Source of the DNA: Phaeosaccion multiseriatum
Lineage: Eukaryota > Protista > Ochrophyta, other classes
Length of the DNA stretch: 64,000 nt
Reading direction: 5' to 3'
NCBI GenBank assembly: GCA_965112735.1
Contig: OZ218952.1
Coordinates: 1,054,001 to 1,118,000 of the forward strand
The position numbers were made by a program, and so were the translations under genes. Position 1 is the stretch's first letter; the number at the start of each line of letters is the position of its first letter. Below the pieces are notes generated by a model. That model made no database searches and was not told where the DNA came from. It worked only from the letters and a program-made list of their open reading frames with translations. Shown here piece by piece: positions 25,127-35,877 of this stretch.

Positions 25127-25483
25127 TCAACGTGGCCAGAACGTCATAATACCCGCCCCCACCGCCACAACGGCTGCACCCAGCGCATCTCCGGTATCAG
25201 GGCGATGTCCATCAACGAACCAATCAAATACGAGGGCAAGCAGAATGAAGTAGGCGCCGTAGATTGCGTATACCCTGCCGAATGCGCCAATCTCCTCTGG
25301 CTGGAACGTAGGGACAATGCCGTACAGAATCAGGCAGACAGTCGCGATCAAGCCCCACCACCACGGCTTAGTGTCTCTTCTTTGCTTCCAGAAGAACCAG
25401 CCACCCGTAATCTCGAAAAAACCTGCGAGGAGGAAGAGTACCAAGGAGAAAAAGTAAAGCTTCGCCTCTTTCTCAGATGCCAT
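25127..25483 (-). CDS. ynfA: YnfA/UPF0060-family small 4-TM membrane protein, intronless
   Basis: LFLLAGFFEITGGWFFW...FGRVYAIYGAYFILLALVFDWFVDGHRPDTGDALGAAV...WPR matches the family motifs (AxxxEIxGxY/W, GRVYAxYGG, WxVDGxRPxxxD). Confidence 0.9.
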   Translation of the reverse strand: MASEKEAKLYFFSLVLFLLAGFFEITGGWFFWKQRRDTKPWWWGLIATVCLILYGIVPTFQPEEIGAFGRVYAIYGAYFILLALVFDWFVDGHRPDTGDALGAAVVAVGAGIMTFWPR

Positions 25484-25742
25484 TTCTCTCCCTCTTTCTC
25501 TTTAATTGCGCAATACTGGCAACAGTATGTGTCTCTCTCTCTCTCTCCCTCTCTCTCCTCTGTCTCCTCTCTCTCCTTTTCTTCATAAGAAGCTGAAGCT
25601 TCTCTGCTCGAGGGACTTCATCTGTGAGAGCCTGGATGAGGAGGCCGCGAAGATGAACATGGATTTTTTTCTCTCTCTCTCCCTCCGTCCCTTGCCCTGA
25701 GGAGGCCTCTCTCCCCCCTCCCCGCCATGCTCTCCACACAAC

Positions 25743-26677
25743 ATGAAGCTTCTTCTCGTTCTGTGCGTTGCTGTCGTCACAAGGGACACATTGGCGCTGG
25801 TTCCCTCTCTGCGACCTGTCTCCAGCCGGAGCAAGGAAAGCAAGAGATGCAGTAGCGCGAGAGCTTCACGTGATGCGACGCAAGGTCAGCATCAGCAGGG
25901 GGGGGGGGATCACGAGCAGCGAGCATCACGTATTCTGATACTAGGAGGGACAGGAAGGATTGGCACAGCAGCCGCCACCCATCTCCTCACTTCCTCTAAA
26001 GACCAGCCCCTCGAGGTGCTTTTGGGCGGGAGGGATGAAGCACGGGGCGAGGCGGCGGTTCAGGAAGTCACAGCAGATGCTGGCGGTGCGGAGAGTCTGC
26101 GTGCTCTGGGACACTCAGTGCATTTCTCTCCGCTAAACTTTAGAGACAGCGACAATTTAAAGGCGCTCTTATCGGCAGAGGGAGGGATGGATTCTGTCCT
26201 GCATACAGCGGGACCGTTCACCGACAATGACCCGCTCGTACTCAAGGCGTGCATCGAGGCACAGGTGCCCCATTATGTGGACGTGAGTGACCCCATCGAG
26301 TTCTTGGATGCCTCCCTCGCCCTCAAGGCCCAGGCGGAGGCCTCAGGGACGTGTGCTTTGCTCTCAGCAGGGGCATTCCCTGGTCTGTCCAACATGCTGG
26401 CCATGGAGAGTAGCAGCCTCTTGCTGGAGGACTTGGGAGCAGTGGCGGAGCGGCCGAGGCACAGGCAGGGGCCCGAGGGGAGTGACACGGCAGAGGAGAG
26501 GACAGACGGAGGAGTGCAGCAGCAGCAGCAGTTGGTGATACAACCCGAAGTGCAGGATATTACCTTCAGCTATTTCACCGCGGGTGAGTGCATCGTCAGC
26601 AGTGCGGGCTTTATGAGGGCTGCGGCTTATGCATGTTGAGTGATGGCGTGTGCGTGTGTGTGCGCGGGTGCGTATGG

Positions 26678-26730
<53 letters not shown>

Positions 26731-27883
26731 TGTGTGCGTGTGTGCGGCGTGTGTGTGCGTGGGTGCGTGTGTGCGCGTGTGTGTGCGTGTGTGTGCGTGG
26801 GTGCGTGTGTGTGTGCGTGTGTGCGTGTGCGTGTGTGTGTGTGGGTGCGTGTGTGCGTGCGTGTGTGCGTGTGTGTGCGTGGGTGCGTGTGGGTGCGTGT
26901 GGGTGCGTGGGTGCGTGTGGGTGCGTGTGGGTGCGTGTGTGTGCGTGGGTGTGGTTTGGGGTTGGGATGGACGGCGTCATGGGCACTTTGCTGCTGTTTG
27001 CTTCCCCTCTTCCTTTCTCGTGTATGGTTGTGTTGTTGTGTGCATTGAACTCCTTTTTTTCTTCTTCATAGTTATATAACTCACGTGTGTTGTGTCTTCA
27101 ATCTCTATATAATATACATATAATAACGCGCCAGGCCTGGGCGGCTCTGGTGTCATCAACCTCTACATCACCAACCTCGGTTACGGTGAGCCCGTCCCCA
27201 CGTACAGGAGCGGCGGTTACAGCCCACAGCTCAACGCCGGCCTCGACGACAAGTATGTCGACTTCTTCTTGGACGAGTCGGACGAGAGCTTCAGTAGAGT
27301 AGGGAGGAGGATCTCTTGGGCGTGGCCCTTCCCCGAGGCCAAGACGGTGGCAGAGGCCCTGAGGATAAAGGGCGACTCGGCGGTGCGAATGGGCACGGCA
27401 CCGGATCTGTGGAACAAGGTGCTGAAGGTGTTGGTGATGGCGGTGCCGAGGGGGTGGTGGAGGAGTGAGGCCTTCTCCATGGGGCTGGCCAAGTTTAGTG
27501 AGCCTCTCGTCGCCATCACAGATAAATTTGTTGGTGAGTTGAAGTGAGGAGGAGGAGGAGGAGGAGGAGGAGGAGGAGGAGGAGGGGGGGGAGGGTGAGT
27601 GTGAGGGGGCGAGAGAGATTGCTTAACTACGTCGAACTGTCCCAAGCTGTGGTAACACGCTAGCTGCCCAGGGGAGTACTCTGTCTACCCTCACGTTCCA
27701 CATTCCCCTAACCCGTAACCCGCAGGAGAGACACACGCGATGCGCATCGACGTACGGGCAACAGACGGGTCCACGATTAGCACCGTACAGGCGCACGAAA
27801 GCTTCAGGCTCTGCGTGGGGCAGAGCTGTGCAGAGTTCCTACTGGAGCTCATGAGACAGAGCAGCAACACCAGTAGTGGTGAT

Positions 27884-27914
<31 letters not shown>

Positions 27915-28093
27915 GCGGTAGCGGTGGCGACTCAGACGAGGCAGAGGAACATCAGGCGGGAGTGTTCCTTCCTGAGACGCTGTATAGCAATGAGCGGAGG
28001 GGGCGGAGAGCGGCGCTGGTGGAGAGGATGACCAACACGCCAGGCACCTTCACTTTCACGCAAAAGACTGCGATTTGCCGGCAAACGCCCTGA
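25743..28093 (+). CDS. Saccharopine dehydrogenase-like NAD(P)-binding oxidoreductase, probably plastid-targeted; exons 25743-26583, 27135-27533, 27726-28093
   Basis: Signal peptide; Rossmann motif [11 protein letters not shown]; VLHTAGPF; YVDVSD; [12 protein letters not shown]; FSYFTA|GLGGSG joins in frame. Confidence 0.85.
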
Positions 28094-28497
28094 GGGTGGC
28101 CGATGGGCCGATGGGCTGCGGGGACTCATGAGAGCCATCCATCTCTTTTCAGCAGGGAGGGAAGGCCCAGTCATAGGCGATGGGCTACGGGGACTCATGG
28201 GAGCTATCTATCTATCCCTGTTCAGCAGGGATGTTTATTTATTGACTTTAGAGCAGGGAGGGAAGGCCCAAGCATACGATAATCAAGAATAGAGCCCCAC
28301 GAAAGATGTTGGGACGTATTACGTATTGGTCACGTATTGATCACGTAAGTACGAAGATGTAGTACTCACGGGGGCTTGGAAATGGCTGATCTGACTCCTT
28401 GGGGGCGTCCAGGGCAAGTGTCTCGCGCCTCTCTCTCTCTCTATCTCGCTCACTCTCTTCTCTCTCTCTCTCTCTCTCTCTACACGTGTCCCTCTCT

Positions 28498-29824
28498 CTA
28501 CATATCCTCCGTCCTCCATCTGTAGGAATCAGCGGCCTTGATCCCCTTGGAGTGCTGATATTGGAACCTCTTCTCCTCCCACCCATTGCCCCGATCCACC
28601 CCGTCCCAGCGGTAGCCCGGTGGGATGTTAAAGCGATTAGGCTTGGGAGGGGGTCCTTTGTATTCCGGCTGCCGAGTGAAGTGAGGGAGGGAGGGAGGGA
28701 GGGAGGGAGTGAGGGGAGGGGGATAAGTTGCTGCCGTAAATGTCACTATTGTTTCGTCATTCCTAGAGGCTGCGCGGTATGGGGATCTCAAGTGGCCGAG
28801 GGAGGGATCAAGTTGCCGAGGGAGGGATGACCTCAAGTTGCCGAGGGAGGGATGACTCAAGTTGCCGAGGGAGGGATGACTCAAGTTGCCGAGGGAGGGA
28901 TGACTCAAGTTGCCGAGGGAGGGATGACTCAAGTTGCCGAGGGAGGGATGACTCAAGTTGCCGAGGGAGGGATGACTCAAGTTGCCGAGGGAGGGATGAC
29001 TCAAGTTGCCGAGGGAGGGATGACTCAAGTTGCCGAGGGAGGGATGACTCAAGTTACCGAGGGAGGGATGACCTCAAGTTGCCGAGGGAGGGATGATCTC
29101 AAGTTGCCGAGGAGGGATGACTCAAGTTGCCGAGGGAGGGATGAATCAAGTTGCCGCTGAGTTGAGTTGCAAGCTGAAGCCCTCTCCCTCTGTCTTCCTC
29201 GCTTTCCTTCTCCCTCTGTCTTCCTCGTTATCCTTCTCCCTCTGTCTTCCTCGCTTTCCTTCTCCCTCTGTCTTCCTCGCTTTCCTTCTCCCTCTGTCTT
29301 CCTCGTTCTCCTTCTCCCTCTCTCTCTCCCTCCCTCCCTCCCTCCCTCCCTCTCCCTCCCTCCCTCTCCCTTCCTCTCTCCCTCACCACCATCTACGGAC
29401 CTTGACCACCCACCTTAGCTGGCTTGCCCTGCTTCGCTCTATCCTTGGCCTTCTTCTTCCTAAAGATGGCGGCCATCGGGTCATCTGCTCGAATTTCATC
29501 CCTTCGCTCTGCGTCGAGCCTCGAGTCGTTGACGGAGCGGGCAAAGGGCTCGTGTTTAATGTCTTGAAGCTGCTGGGCCATGCTCGCCGCCTCCTCCTTC
29601 TGCTTGGTACCGAGGCCCCATTGGTACTGGTGGGAGTGGAGTGGAGTGGAGTGGAGTGGAGGGAGGGAGGGAGGGAGGGAGGGAGGGAGAGAAGGGAGGT
29701 AGGGGAGAGAGAGGCGGTATGGAGGGAGGAAGGGCAGAGAAAGACATGAAAGAGTGGGGGAGACAGAGCGAGAGAGGCAAAGGAGGTAAACTATTTCACC
29801 CCTCCGTGCGCGCACACACACACA

Positions 29825-29871
<47 letters not shown>

Positions 29872-31969
29872 CTCCTCTCTTTTCTGTGCCACATCTTTGC
29901 CCTCCCTTGAAGCCTGGCACACCCATCCATGTACACACGCGCCCACACACATCACATCCTTCCTCTCTCTGGAGGCCTATTACATACACACACACCCATA
30001 TACACTGGCATCCACACATGTCCGCTGTACAATGTACCTCTTCTTTCTTCTGTGCCACCTCCTTGCCCTCTCTTGAAGCCTGCTGCCTCATGAACTCATT
30101 GAGCATGTCGAGCTTCTTGCCCTTGCGGTCTCGATACACTGTCTCCGCGTTGGCCCCTGACACGGCAGCCATATCTAGTGGAGAGGGGAGGGGGGAGGGG
30201 GAAGGGGGAGAAGACGGGAGAGAGGAGGACGTTGGGGGATAGATAAAAGGCGGCCAGAGCATAGAGCCACAGCCCACCAAAAAAAGCGGACGAAAGAGGG
30301 TTGATCTTGTTCCCAAGAGGCGCACCCCGGGCGGGTCTTGCAGGGTGTGCAATGATACACAAGTCAAGCCAAGCCCAGTCCAGCCCAGCCGAGCTCAGAA
30401 ACGCCTGTGTCAAGCTCAGTCACGCCCAAGCCCAGCCATGCCAAGACAAGCTTCAGCAGCTTGGCTACTACCTTCGCGACTTACCCGCTACTTGGTCCTG
30501 CTGCTTCTTGCGAATGGCGGTCTCTGCCAGTGCAAAGTCCTTGGCTGACTGCAGTCCCGCTTGGTAGCCGCTGAGGCGTGGCCGACATTCGTACAGCACG
30601 CACGCACATACACGCAGGGACACACACACATACACACCCAAGCCGGCATGTAAAAGAGGGCAACAGGAGAGGCGAGGGAAAGGTGAGTGAGAAAGTCGCG
30701 AGACGGTACAACTAATGTTGGTAGTGCAGTGGTGGGTGAAAAGGAGCACTCTTTCAGATGGACGAGAGAGAAACGCCCACGCACGTGGCGCGGAGGAAGG
30801 AAGCAAGGTCACGATGAGCGATTCAGCGATGCTTCGCCAGACTCACCTCGCTGTCTTTTCTCTCTCGCTCTGGCCCTTCTCGCCGCTGATTGCACTCCCG
30901 CCCCCTTCCCTCCGTCTCTTGTGACTGCTGCCACTACCACCACCGTCTTCACGATCATGCCTCTCCCTTCTGGGAGGTGAAGCATCACCATCGCTGTCGT
31001 GCCTCTTCCTTCTGGGGGGTGAAGCATCACCATCGCTGTCGTGCCTCTTCCTTCTGGGAGGTGAAGCAACATCACCATCGCTGTCGTGCCTCTTCCTTCT
31101 GGGGGGTGAAGCATCACCATCGCTGTCGTGCCTCTTCCTTCTGGGGGGTGAAGCATCACCATCACTGTCGTGCCTCTTCCTTCTGGGGGGTGAAGCATCA
31201 CCATCGCTGTCGTGCCTCTTCCTTCTGGGGGGTGAAGCATCACCATCATTGTCGTGCCTCTTCCTTCTGGGTGAAGCATCACCATCACTGTCGTGCCTCT
31301 TCCTTCTGGGGGGTGAAGCATCACCATCGCTGTCGTGCCTCTTCCTTCTGGGGGGTGAAGCATCACCATCGCTGTCGTGCCTCTTCCTTCTGGGAGGTGA
31401 AGCATCACCATCGCTGTCGTGCCTCTTCCTTCTGGGGGGTGAAGCATCACCAACTCTGTCGTGCCTTTTCCTCCTTGGGGGGGACATGTCCCTTTGTTCC
31501 TTGTCGTGACGCTTCCGCTTCCGCCCGGATCCTTCTCTATGCCGCCCCGTCTCTCCATTATCCGCCACAACTTCCCATGTACCCACCGTCTTCTTCTTGT
31601 TCTTATCTTTCTTTTGCGTCTCCCCACCGCCTTCCCCAGCTTCGTCGTTGATTGCACTGTCGTCTACGTTGACCTGCACAGCCTTCTCCTCGTCCAAGGC
31701 ATTGTACTTCTCCCAGTTGGCCTCAATCTCATCCTCACGCAGGACCACGTCAATGTCTCCATCGACGATCTTGAAGGACGAGCCTACTACGCCCGGCTTC
31801 TTCCGCTTCTTCTTCTTCTTCTTATCCCCATCACCTGAGGGAGAAAGAGAGGGAGAGAGGTGAGAAAAACATCAAGAGTTAGTTAAAGACGGTTCCACGT
31901 GCAGCCCGCTAAACCACCAGCACAACCTGCTGCCGCGTACTTGGACAGGTAGTCCAGCTTCGAAGACAT
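28498..31969 (-). CDS. BUD13: Pre-mRNA splicing factor BUD13/CWC26; exons 31969-31927, 31834-30847, 30570-30485, 30174-30038, 29626-29414, 28668-28498
   Basis: MSSKLDYLSKY start; tandem DASPPRRKRHDS repeats; AETVYRDRKGKK; YQWGLGTKQ; DDPMA; C-terminal YKGPPPKPNRFNIPPGYRWDGVDRGNGWE...YRWRTEDM. Confidence 0.95.
28786..29156. repeat. 24-bp minisatellite (CTCAAGTTGCCGAGGGAGGGATGA)n, about 15 copies, in the last BUD13 intron
   Basis: Directly visible, near-identical units. Confidence 0.95.
29180..29320. repeat. 26-bp pyrimidine-rich minisatellite (CCCTCTGTCTTCCTCGCTTTCCTTCT) x~5 in a BUD13 intron
   Basis: Directly visible. Confidence 0.85.
30952..31485 (-). repeat. Coding 42-bp tandem repeat (DASPPRRKRHDSDG) x~12-13 in BUD13 exon 2
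   Basis: Seen in ORF 30843..31748; unit length variants are multiples of 3. Confidence 0.95.
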
Positions 31970-32116
31970 CGCTCCTGTGCCTCTTTGTGGAGGGAAAAAA
32001 ATTATCGGCTGTGTTGGCCCAGTCCCATGCAAGAGTCATACTGGCGCTCAGGTTCGCATACATAGCGTACCTAGGGTGCACAGAGAAGGTAGAGACAAGC
32101 GCTGGCTTATCATATC

Positions 32117-33655
32117 ATGCACGCGGCCGCTGCTGCCAGAGGACGGCTCTCTCGTCTGGCTGCAAGCCAACAGCACGCGTGGGCGCGGTCTTCGTCAGCT
32201 CATGGCTGCCACAAGCGGCCGCTCCCTCTCTGGAGTGCCACCAGCAGCAGGGGATGTGGCGGCGTATGCAGCAGCCGCAGTAGGGATTCCGGTAGACAGA
32301 GGGGACTTGCCACCTCAGCAAGAGGGAGGTCGTCGCACCTTCCACCCACGACACCAGGAGCAGCTGGGCTGAAGGATGCGTATGTGACTGACGATGATAA
32401 CGACAGGTTTGGCCCGGCCCGCCCCCACCCTCCTCCTGGTGCTCGCGGGGTAAGCACCAGCAGCAGCAACAGTAGCAGCAGTGGCAATGTCTCGCTGGGG
32501 CAGCGAGTTCTCGCCGCGATACCAAACTACGCCAAGCTCTCCAAGTACCGCCTCAGCACGCTCGTGGTGTTCACCACCGCCGCGGGATACGCAGCCGGAG
32601 GGGGGCCCATCGAGGTCGTGCCCTTCGCCGGAGCTTGCTGTGGCACGGCTATGGCCAGCGCGGCTGCCAGCACGTTCAACCAGGTGATTGAGGTGGAGAA
32701 CGATCGCAAGATGCAGCGCACCAAGGCCCGACCGCTGCCTGCCGGGCTCGTGTCTCGAGCCAACGCGGCAGTGTGGGGTGCGTCCATGTCCGCGGCGAGC
32801 GTGGGCGTGCTGGCTGAGACCACCGACCCCCTCACCACGGCACTGGGCGCGGGCAATATCTTCCTTTACAGCGTCGTTTACACCCTGAGCAAGACGAGGA
32901 CGGAGCTCAACACTTGGATAGGCTCGTTTGTGGGCGCCGTGCCCCCACTCATGGGGTGGGTGGCGTCTGGAGGCGATCTGTGTGCAGCGGAGCCCTTCGT
33001 GCTGGGCGGATACCTGTTCCTGTGGCAGTTCCCCCACTTCTTTGCCTTGAACTGGATGTACCGGCAAGACTACGCGCGAGGCGGCTTTAAGATGGTGTCG
33101 TGTGACGACCCCACGGGCAGTCGCACCGCCGACCTCATCACACGTTACTCTCTCTACATGGTGCCGCTGCCGGTCTTTGCAGCCTCCAGTGGGACCACCA
33201 GTTGGATGTTCGCGTTGGAGGGTACTGCCCTCAACGCCTGGCTCTTGCATCGGGCCTGGCGCTTCAGCCAAGACCCTTCCAACGCCAAGGCGAGGGATGT
33301 CTTCCATGTGAGTCTTTGGTATCTGCCCCTCGCCCTCGCCCTCTTCGCCTTCCACAACAAGGCATGGTACAGTGAGGGCGTGGAGAGTGAGACGGAGAGG
33401 GAGATGGGCTTGGAAGCGCCCCTTGTCCGGGCCATGAACAGGCTCCGACTGCTGTTAAAGGAGCGTGCGTGCGTGCATGAAGTGCTCTCCAGTGAGGAGA
33501 GGACGGCGTATTGCCCTTCCTCAGTGGATGTGCCGGAGAAGCTGGAGGCGGTGGGGGAGTCTGTGGGCAGGCGGACGGACGAAGTGGTAAAGTCGGCCAA
33601 CGCTGCTGCTGCTACTGCTGCTGCTGCTACTACTATTGGGACAGAGGGGAAGTGA
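32117..33655 (+). CDS. COX10: Protoheme IX farnesyltransferase (heme O synthase), mitochondrial, intronless
   Basis: Arg/Ser-rich presequence; LSKYRLSTLVVFTT; NQVIEVENDRKMQRTKARPLPAG; YTLSKTRTELNTWIGSFVGAVPPLMGW; WQFPHFFALNWMYRQDYARGG. Confidence 0.96.
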   Translation: MHAAAAARGRLSRLAASQQHAWARSSSAHGCHKRPLPLWSATSSRGCGGVCSSRSRDSGRQRGLATSARGRSSHLPPTTPGAAGLKDAYVTDDDNDRFGPARPHPPPGARGVSTSSSNSSSSGNVSLGQRVLAAIPNYAKLSKYRLSTLVVFTTAAGYAAGGGPIEVVPFAGACCGTAMASAAASTFNQVIEVENDRKMQRTKARPLPAGLVSRANAAVWGASMSAASVGVLAETTDPLTTALGAGNIFLYSVVYTLSKTRTELNTWIGSFVGAVPPLMGWVASGGDLCAAEPFVLGGYLFLWQFPHFFALNWMYRQDYARGGFKMVSCDDPTGSRTADLITRYSLYMVPLPVFAASSGTTSWMFALEGTALNAWLLHRAWRFSQDPSNAKARDVFHVSLWYLPLALALFAFHNKAWYSEGVESETEREMGLEAPLVRAMNRLRLLLKERACVHEVLSSEERTAYCPSSVDVPEKLEAVGESVGRRTDEVVKSANAAAATAAAATTIGTEGK

Positions 33656-34380
33656 AGTACCTGGAATGCATCCAGACAGGCAGGACAGGCAGGCAGAGGC
33701 CCATTTGCCGCAGAGGATCCCGAGAGGCGATGGAAGGAAGACTTCGACTAGGTCATGCCTATTTGATTGATTTGATTGCTGAGGTCTGGAGAGGAGTGAA
33801 GAATCTCCCTACCCACCCCCACTTGTCGGCCATCGGGACCGTTTCTATCGCAAGTCGAACGTCGAAGGAGGGAAGGAAGGGAGGGAGGGAGAGAGGGAGG
33901 GACGGAGGGAGAGCGAGGGCTTCCATGTTGCGGAAGGAGGCATGTTTGGTCATCAGCCAGGGCGGGCAGGCCAGTTGGTGATACATGGCAGGGCAGTTGG
34001 TGATACAGAGCAGAGGGCAGAGCAGTGGATCATATGGTACGTTGCATTGTGTACTTACTGTACATGGCTGTTGCGGCCTTCGGAGGAGCTCCCCCCCTGT
34101 CACACCTTGAGGCGGCACACAAGGCCGAGGTTGGGGTGGTGCTGCCTCCATCTTCTGACGCGAGAGGCTCTGGCTGCACACAGCGCATGGGTGGCACGCA
34201 CACAGCCACAAGGCGAGGGCAGAGGGGACAGGACAGAGGGGAGAGGACCGAGGACAGAGCACAGAGGACAGAGGAGAGGCAGCTGGGTATGGGCCTATGA
34301 GGCGAAGGGTGGAATTCGATTCGATTCGATTTCGAAGGCTTCAATGCCCCCCCCCCCCCCCCTTTCCTCCGCCCTAAAGT

Positions 34381-34620
34381 GGTCTGACGCCGGTTGTGTG
34401 CCGGAGTGCGAGGTGATAATTCAGGCGTATACAACTGATGGTGAGACGCAACAGAGTTGTGTACGTATCTGATTGGGCCGTTGTACTCCGGCACACAGCC
34501 CACACAGCCCGCGCAATCATACCATTGCGGTGGGACTTTCCTTCAGCGGCGTAAGGGACCAAACTCAAGCGGCATACGGGATCCAACTGAGCAAGCAGCC
34601 CTACAAACCCCTTCTTTTTT
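34381..34620 (+). ncRNA. Candidate structured non-coding RNA (long hairpin, short hairpin, closing stem, then oligo-T)
   Basis: 34392-34411 pairs with 34481-34500 (20 bp) and 34425-34436 with 34455-34466 (12 bp), with only G-U deviations on the + strand; second hairpin 34508-34534; T6 at 34615-34620. Family not recognised. Confidence 0.45.
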
Positions 34621-34800
34621 CCCTTAGATACCCGTACTGTATTGTTTTCATTCTATTGTTATGATGACGCTTATTAGATACACATTTTTTTTTAGGATGA
34701 CGTTTCGCTTTCTTGTTCCTATTTTACTATTTTTTACATCGAGTCGAGCTATGTGTTTCCCCCTACCCTACTCTCCTGTACAAGCAAAGCTCCAATCCCC

Positions 34801-35727
34801 TCACTGGATGGTGATGGTCCTGGGCTTCATCTTGGGCACCGCGACGCTCAGAGCCTCCGGCCCTCCCTCACCCGCCTCTCCCTGCACGAAGGACGCGCTG
34901 ATGGCCCCCACGTCGGCGTCCTTGGCGAGCCTGAGGCGGCGCTCTCTGGACCTCACCGCCGCACCCTGCCCCTCCTCGCCCTCCTGCTGCTGCTGACGGT
35001 GGGTCGTCGTGATGACCAGAGTGGCGTTGTCCTCCTCAAGCTTGATGGTCACGTCCTCCTTCTCCAGCCCCTCCGGGAGGAACACCTTCGCCGCGTACCC
35101 CTCCTCCGTCGGCGTCGCGATGTCCACTTGCATCTCAGCGCGTTTGGCCTCGAGCACCTTCTGCAGCCGAGCCCGCTCCTTCTGCTGCACCTGCTCCTCC
35201 GTTAGCGGCTTGAGGTTGGGGGGAGGCGTCGTGGAGCTGCTTGTGGAGCTGCTCGCCAAGCCCCAGTCCTTCTCGAAGTCCCTGACGAGCCCGTCGAACA
35301 TGGTCGAAAAGGAGTCCTCGATCTCGAGGCGGGCCCTCTCCGCCTTCTCCGCCCTCTCCAAACGCTCCTTGATGACCTTCTCCCTCCTCTCCTCGGCCTC
35401 CTGCCGGGCGGCAGCTTGCTTCGCCGCCTCCACGCGAGCGGCGATCTGCCTGTTGGTATCGTCGATCTGCTGCTCCCTCTGCTGCAGCTGCTGCGTCAAG
35501 TCTGCCCTCTCCTCGCTGCTCATGGCGCCCCACCCGCCCACCTTGGGCAGCACCACCGTGAGCTTCCTGGCGCCGCCCTCCTCCTCCGACCACTCCGTGG
35601 ACAAGCTCTGCTCCCACTGCATCTTGGGCTCTGCGTCCGGCTCCTGTTGCTGCTCCTCGGAGACAGAGACAGCAGCGGGCCCCCCTCCCTTCTTCATAGT
35701 GCCGTGCCTTGCCTTACAAGAGAACAT
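34801..35727 (-). CDS. HSP20/alpha-crystallin-domain protein (5' end uncertain, may be spliced to the upstream MDP-1 exons)
   Basis: C-terminal VDIATPTEEGYAAKVFLPEGLEKEDVTIKLEEDNATLVIT...RERRLRLAKDADVGAISASF...LSVAVPKMKPRTITIQ (alpha-crystallin domain plus IxI motif). Confidence 0.8.
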   Translation of the reverse strand: MFSCKARHGTMKKGGGPAAVSVSEEQQQEPDAEPKMQWEQSLSTEWSEEEGGARKLTVVLPKVGGWGAMSSEERADLTQQLQQREQQIDDTNRQIAARVEAAKQAAARQEAEERREKVIKERLERAEKAERARLEIEDSFSTMFDGLVRDFEKDWGLASSSTSSSTTPPPNLKPLTEEQVQQKERARLQKVLEAKRAEMQVDIATPTEEGYAAKVFLPEGLEKEDVTIKLEEDNATLVITTTHRQQQQEGEEGQGAAVRSRERRLRLAKDADVGAISASFVQGEAGEGGPEALSVAVPKMKPRTITIQ

Positions 35728-35877
35728 ATCCTCCCTGGTATCGCGTATCGAGCGACTCTAGCAGTATACACCTCACCCCCCCCTACCCCCTGATCTCCTC
35801 GGCAGTCGTCAAAGAAGAGCCTATCCTCTCTCCCTCCACCTCCCCTGACCCCCGCACCCTCTCACTACCTGACACCC

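Noticed and set aside
26588-27079. Cys/Val-rich and His/Thr-rich ORFs here and throughout the ORF track
   Set aside because: They are translations of (GT)n, (CA)n, (CACT)n and (CCCT)n intronic microsatellites.
28779-29160. CRISPR-like array, or repeat ORFs (MTQVAEGG)n
   Set aside because: Head-to-tail units with no unique spacers, no cas genes, and located inside a BUD13 intron, so it is a minisatellite.
32315-33355. Long antisense ORFs overlapping COX10, HSP20, AP4E1 and TIPIN
   Set aside because: Expected shadow ORFs of GC-rich coding sequence, with no recognisable domains.
34531-34541. GGAAAGTCCCA on the - strand, resembling the RNase P/MRP P4 motif
   Set aside because: No matching 3' P4 partner was found, and the G-U pairing pattern favours the + strand.
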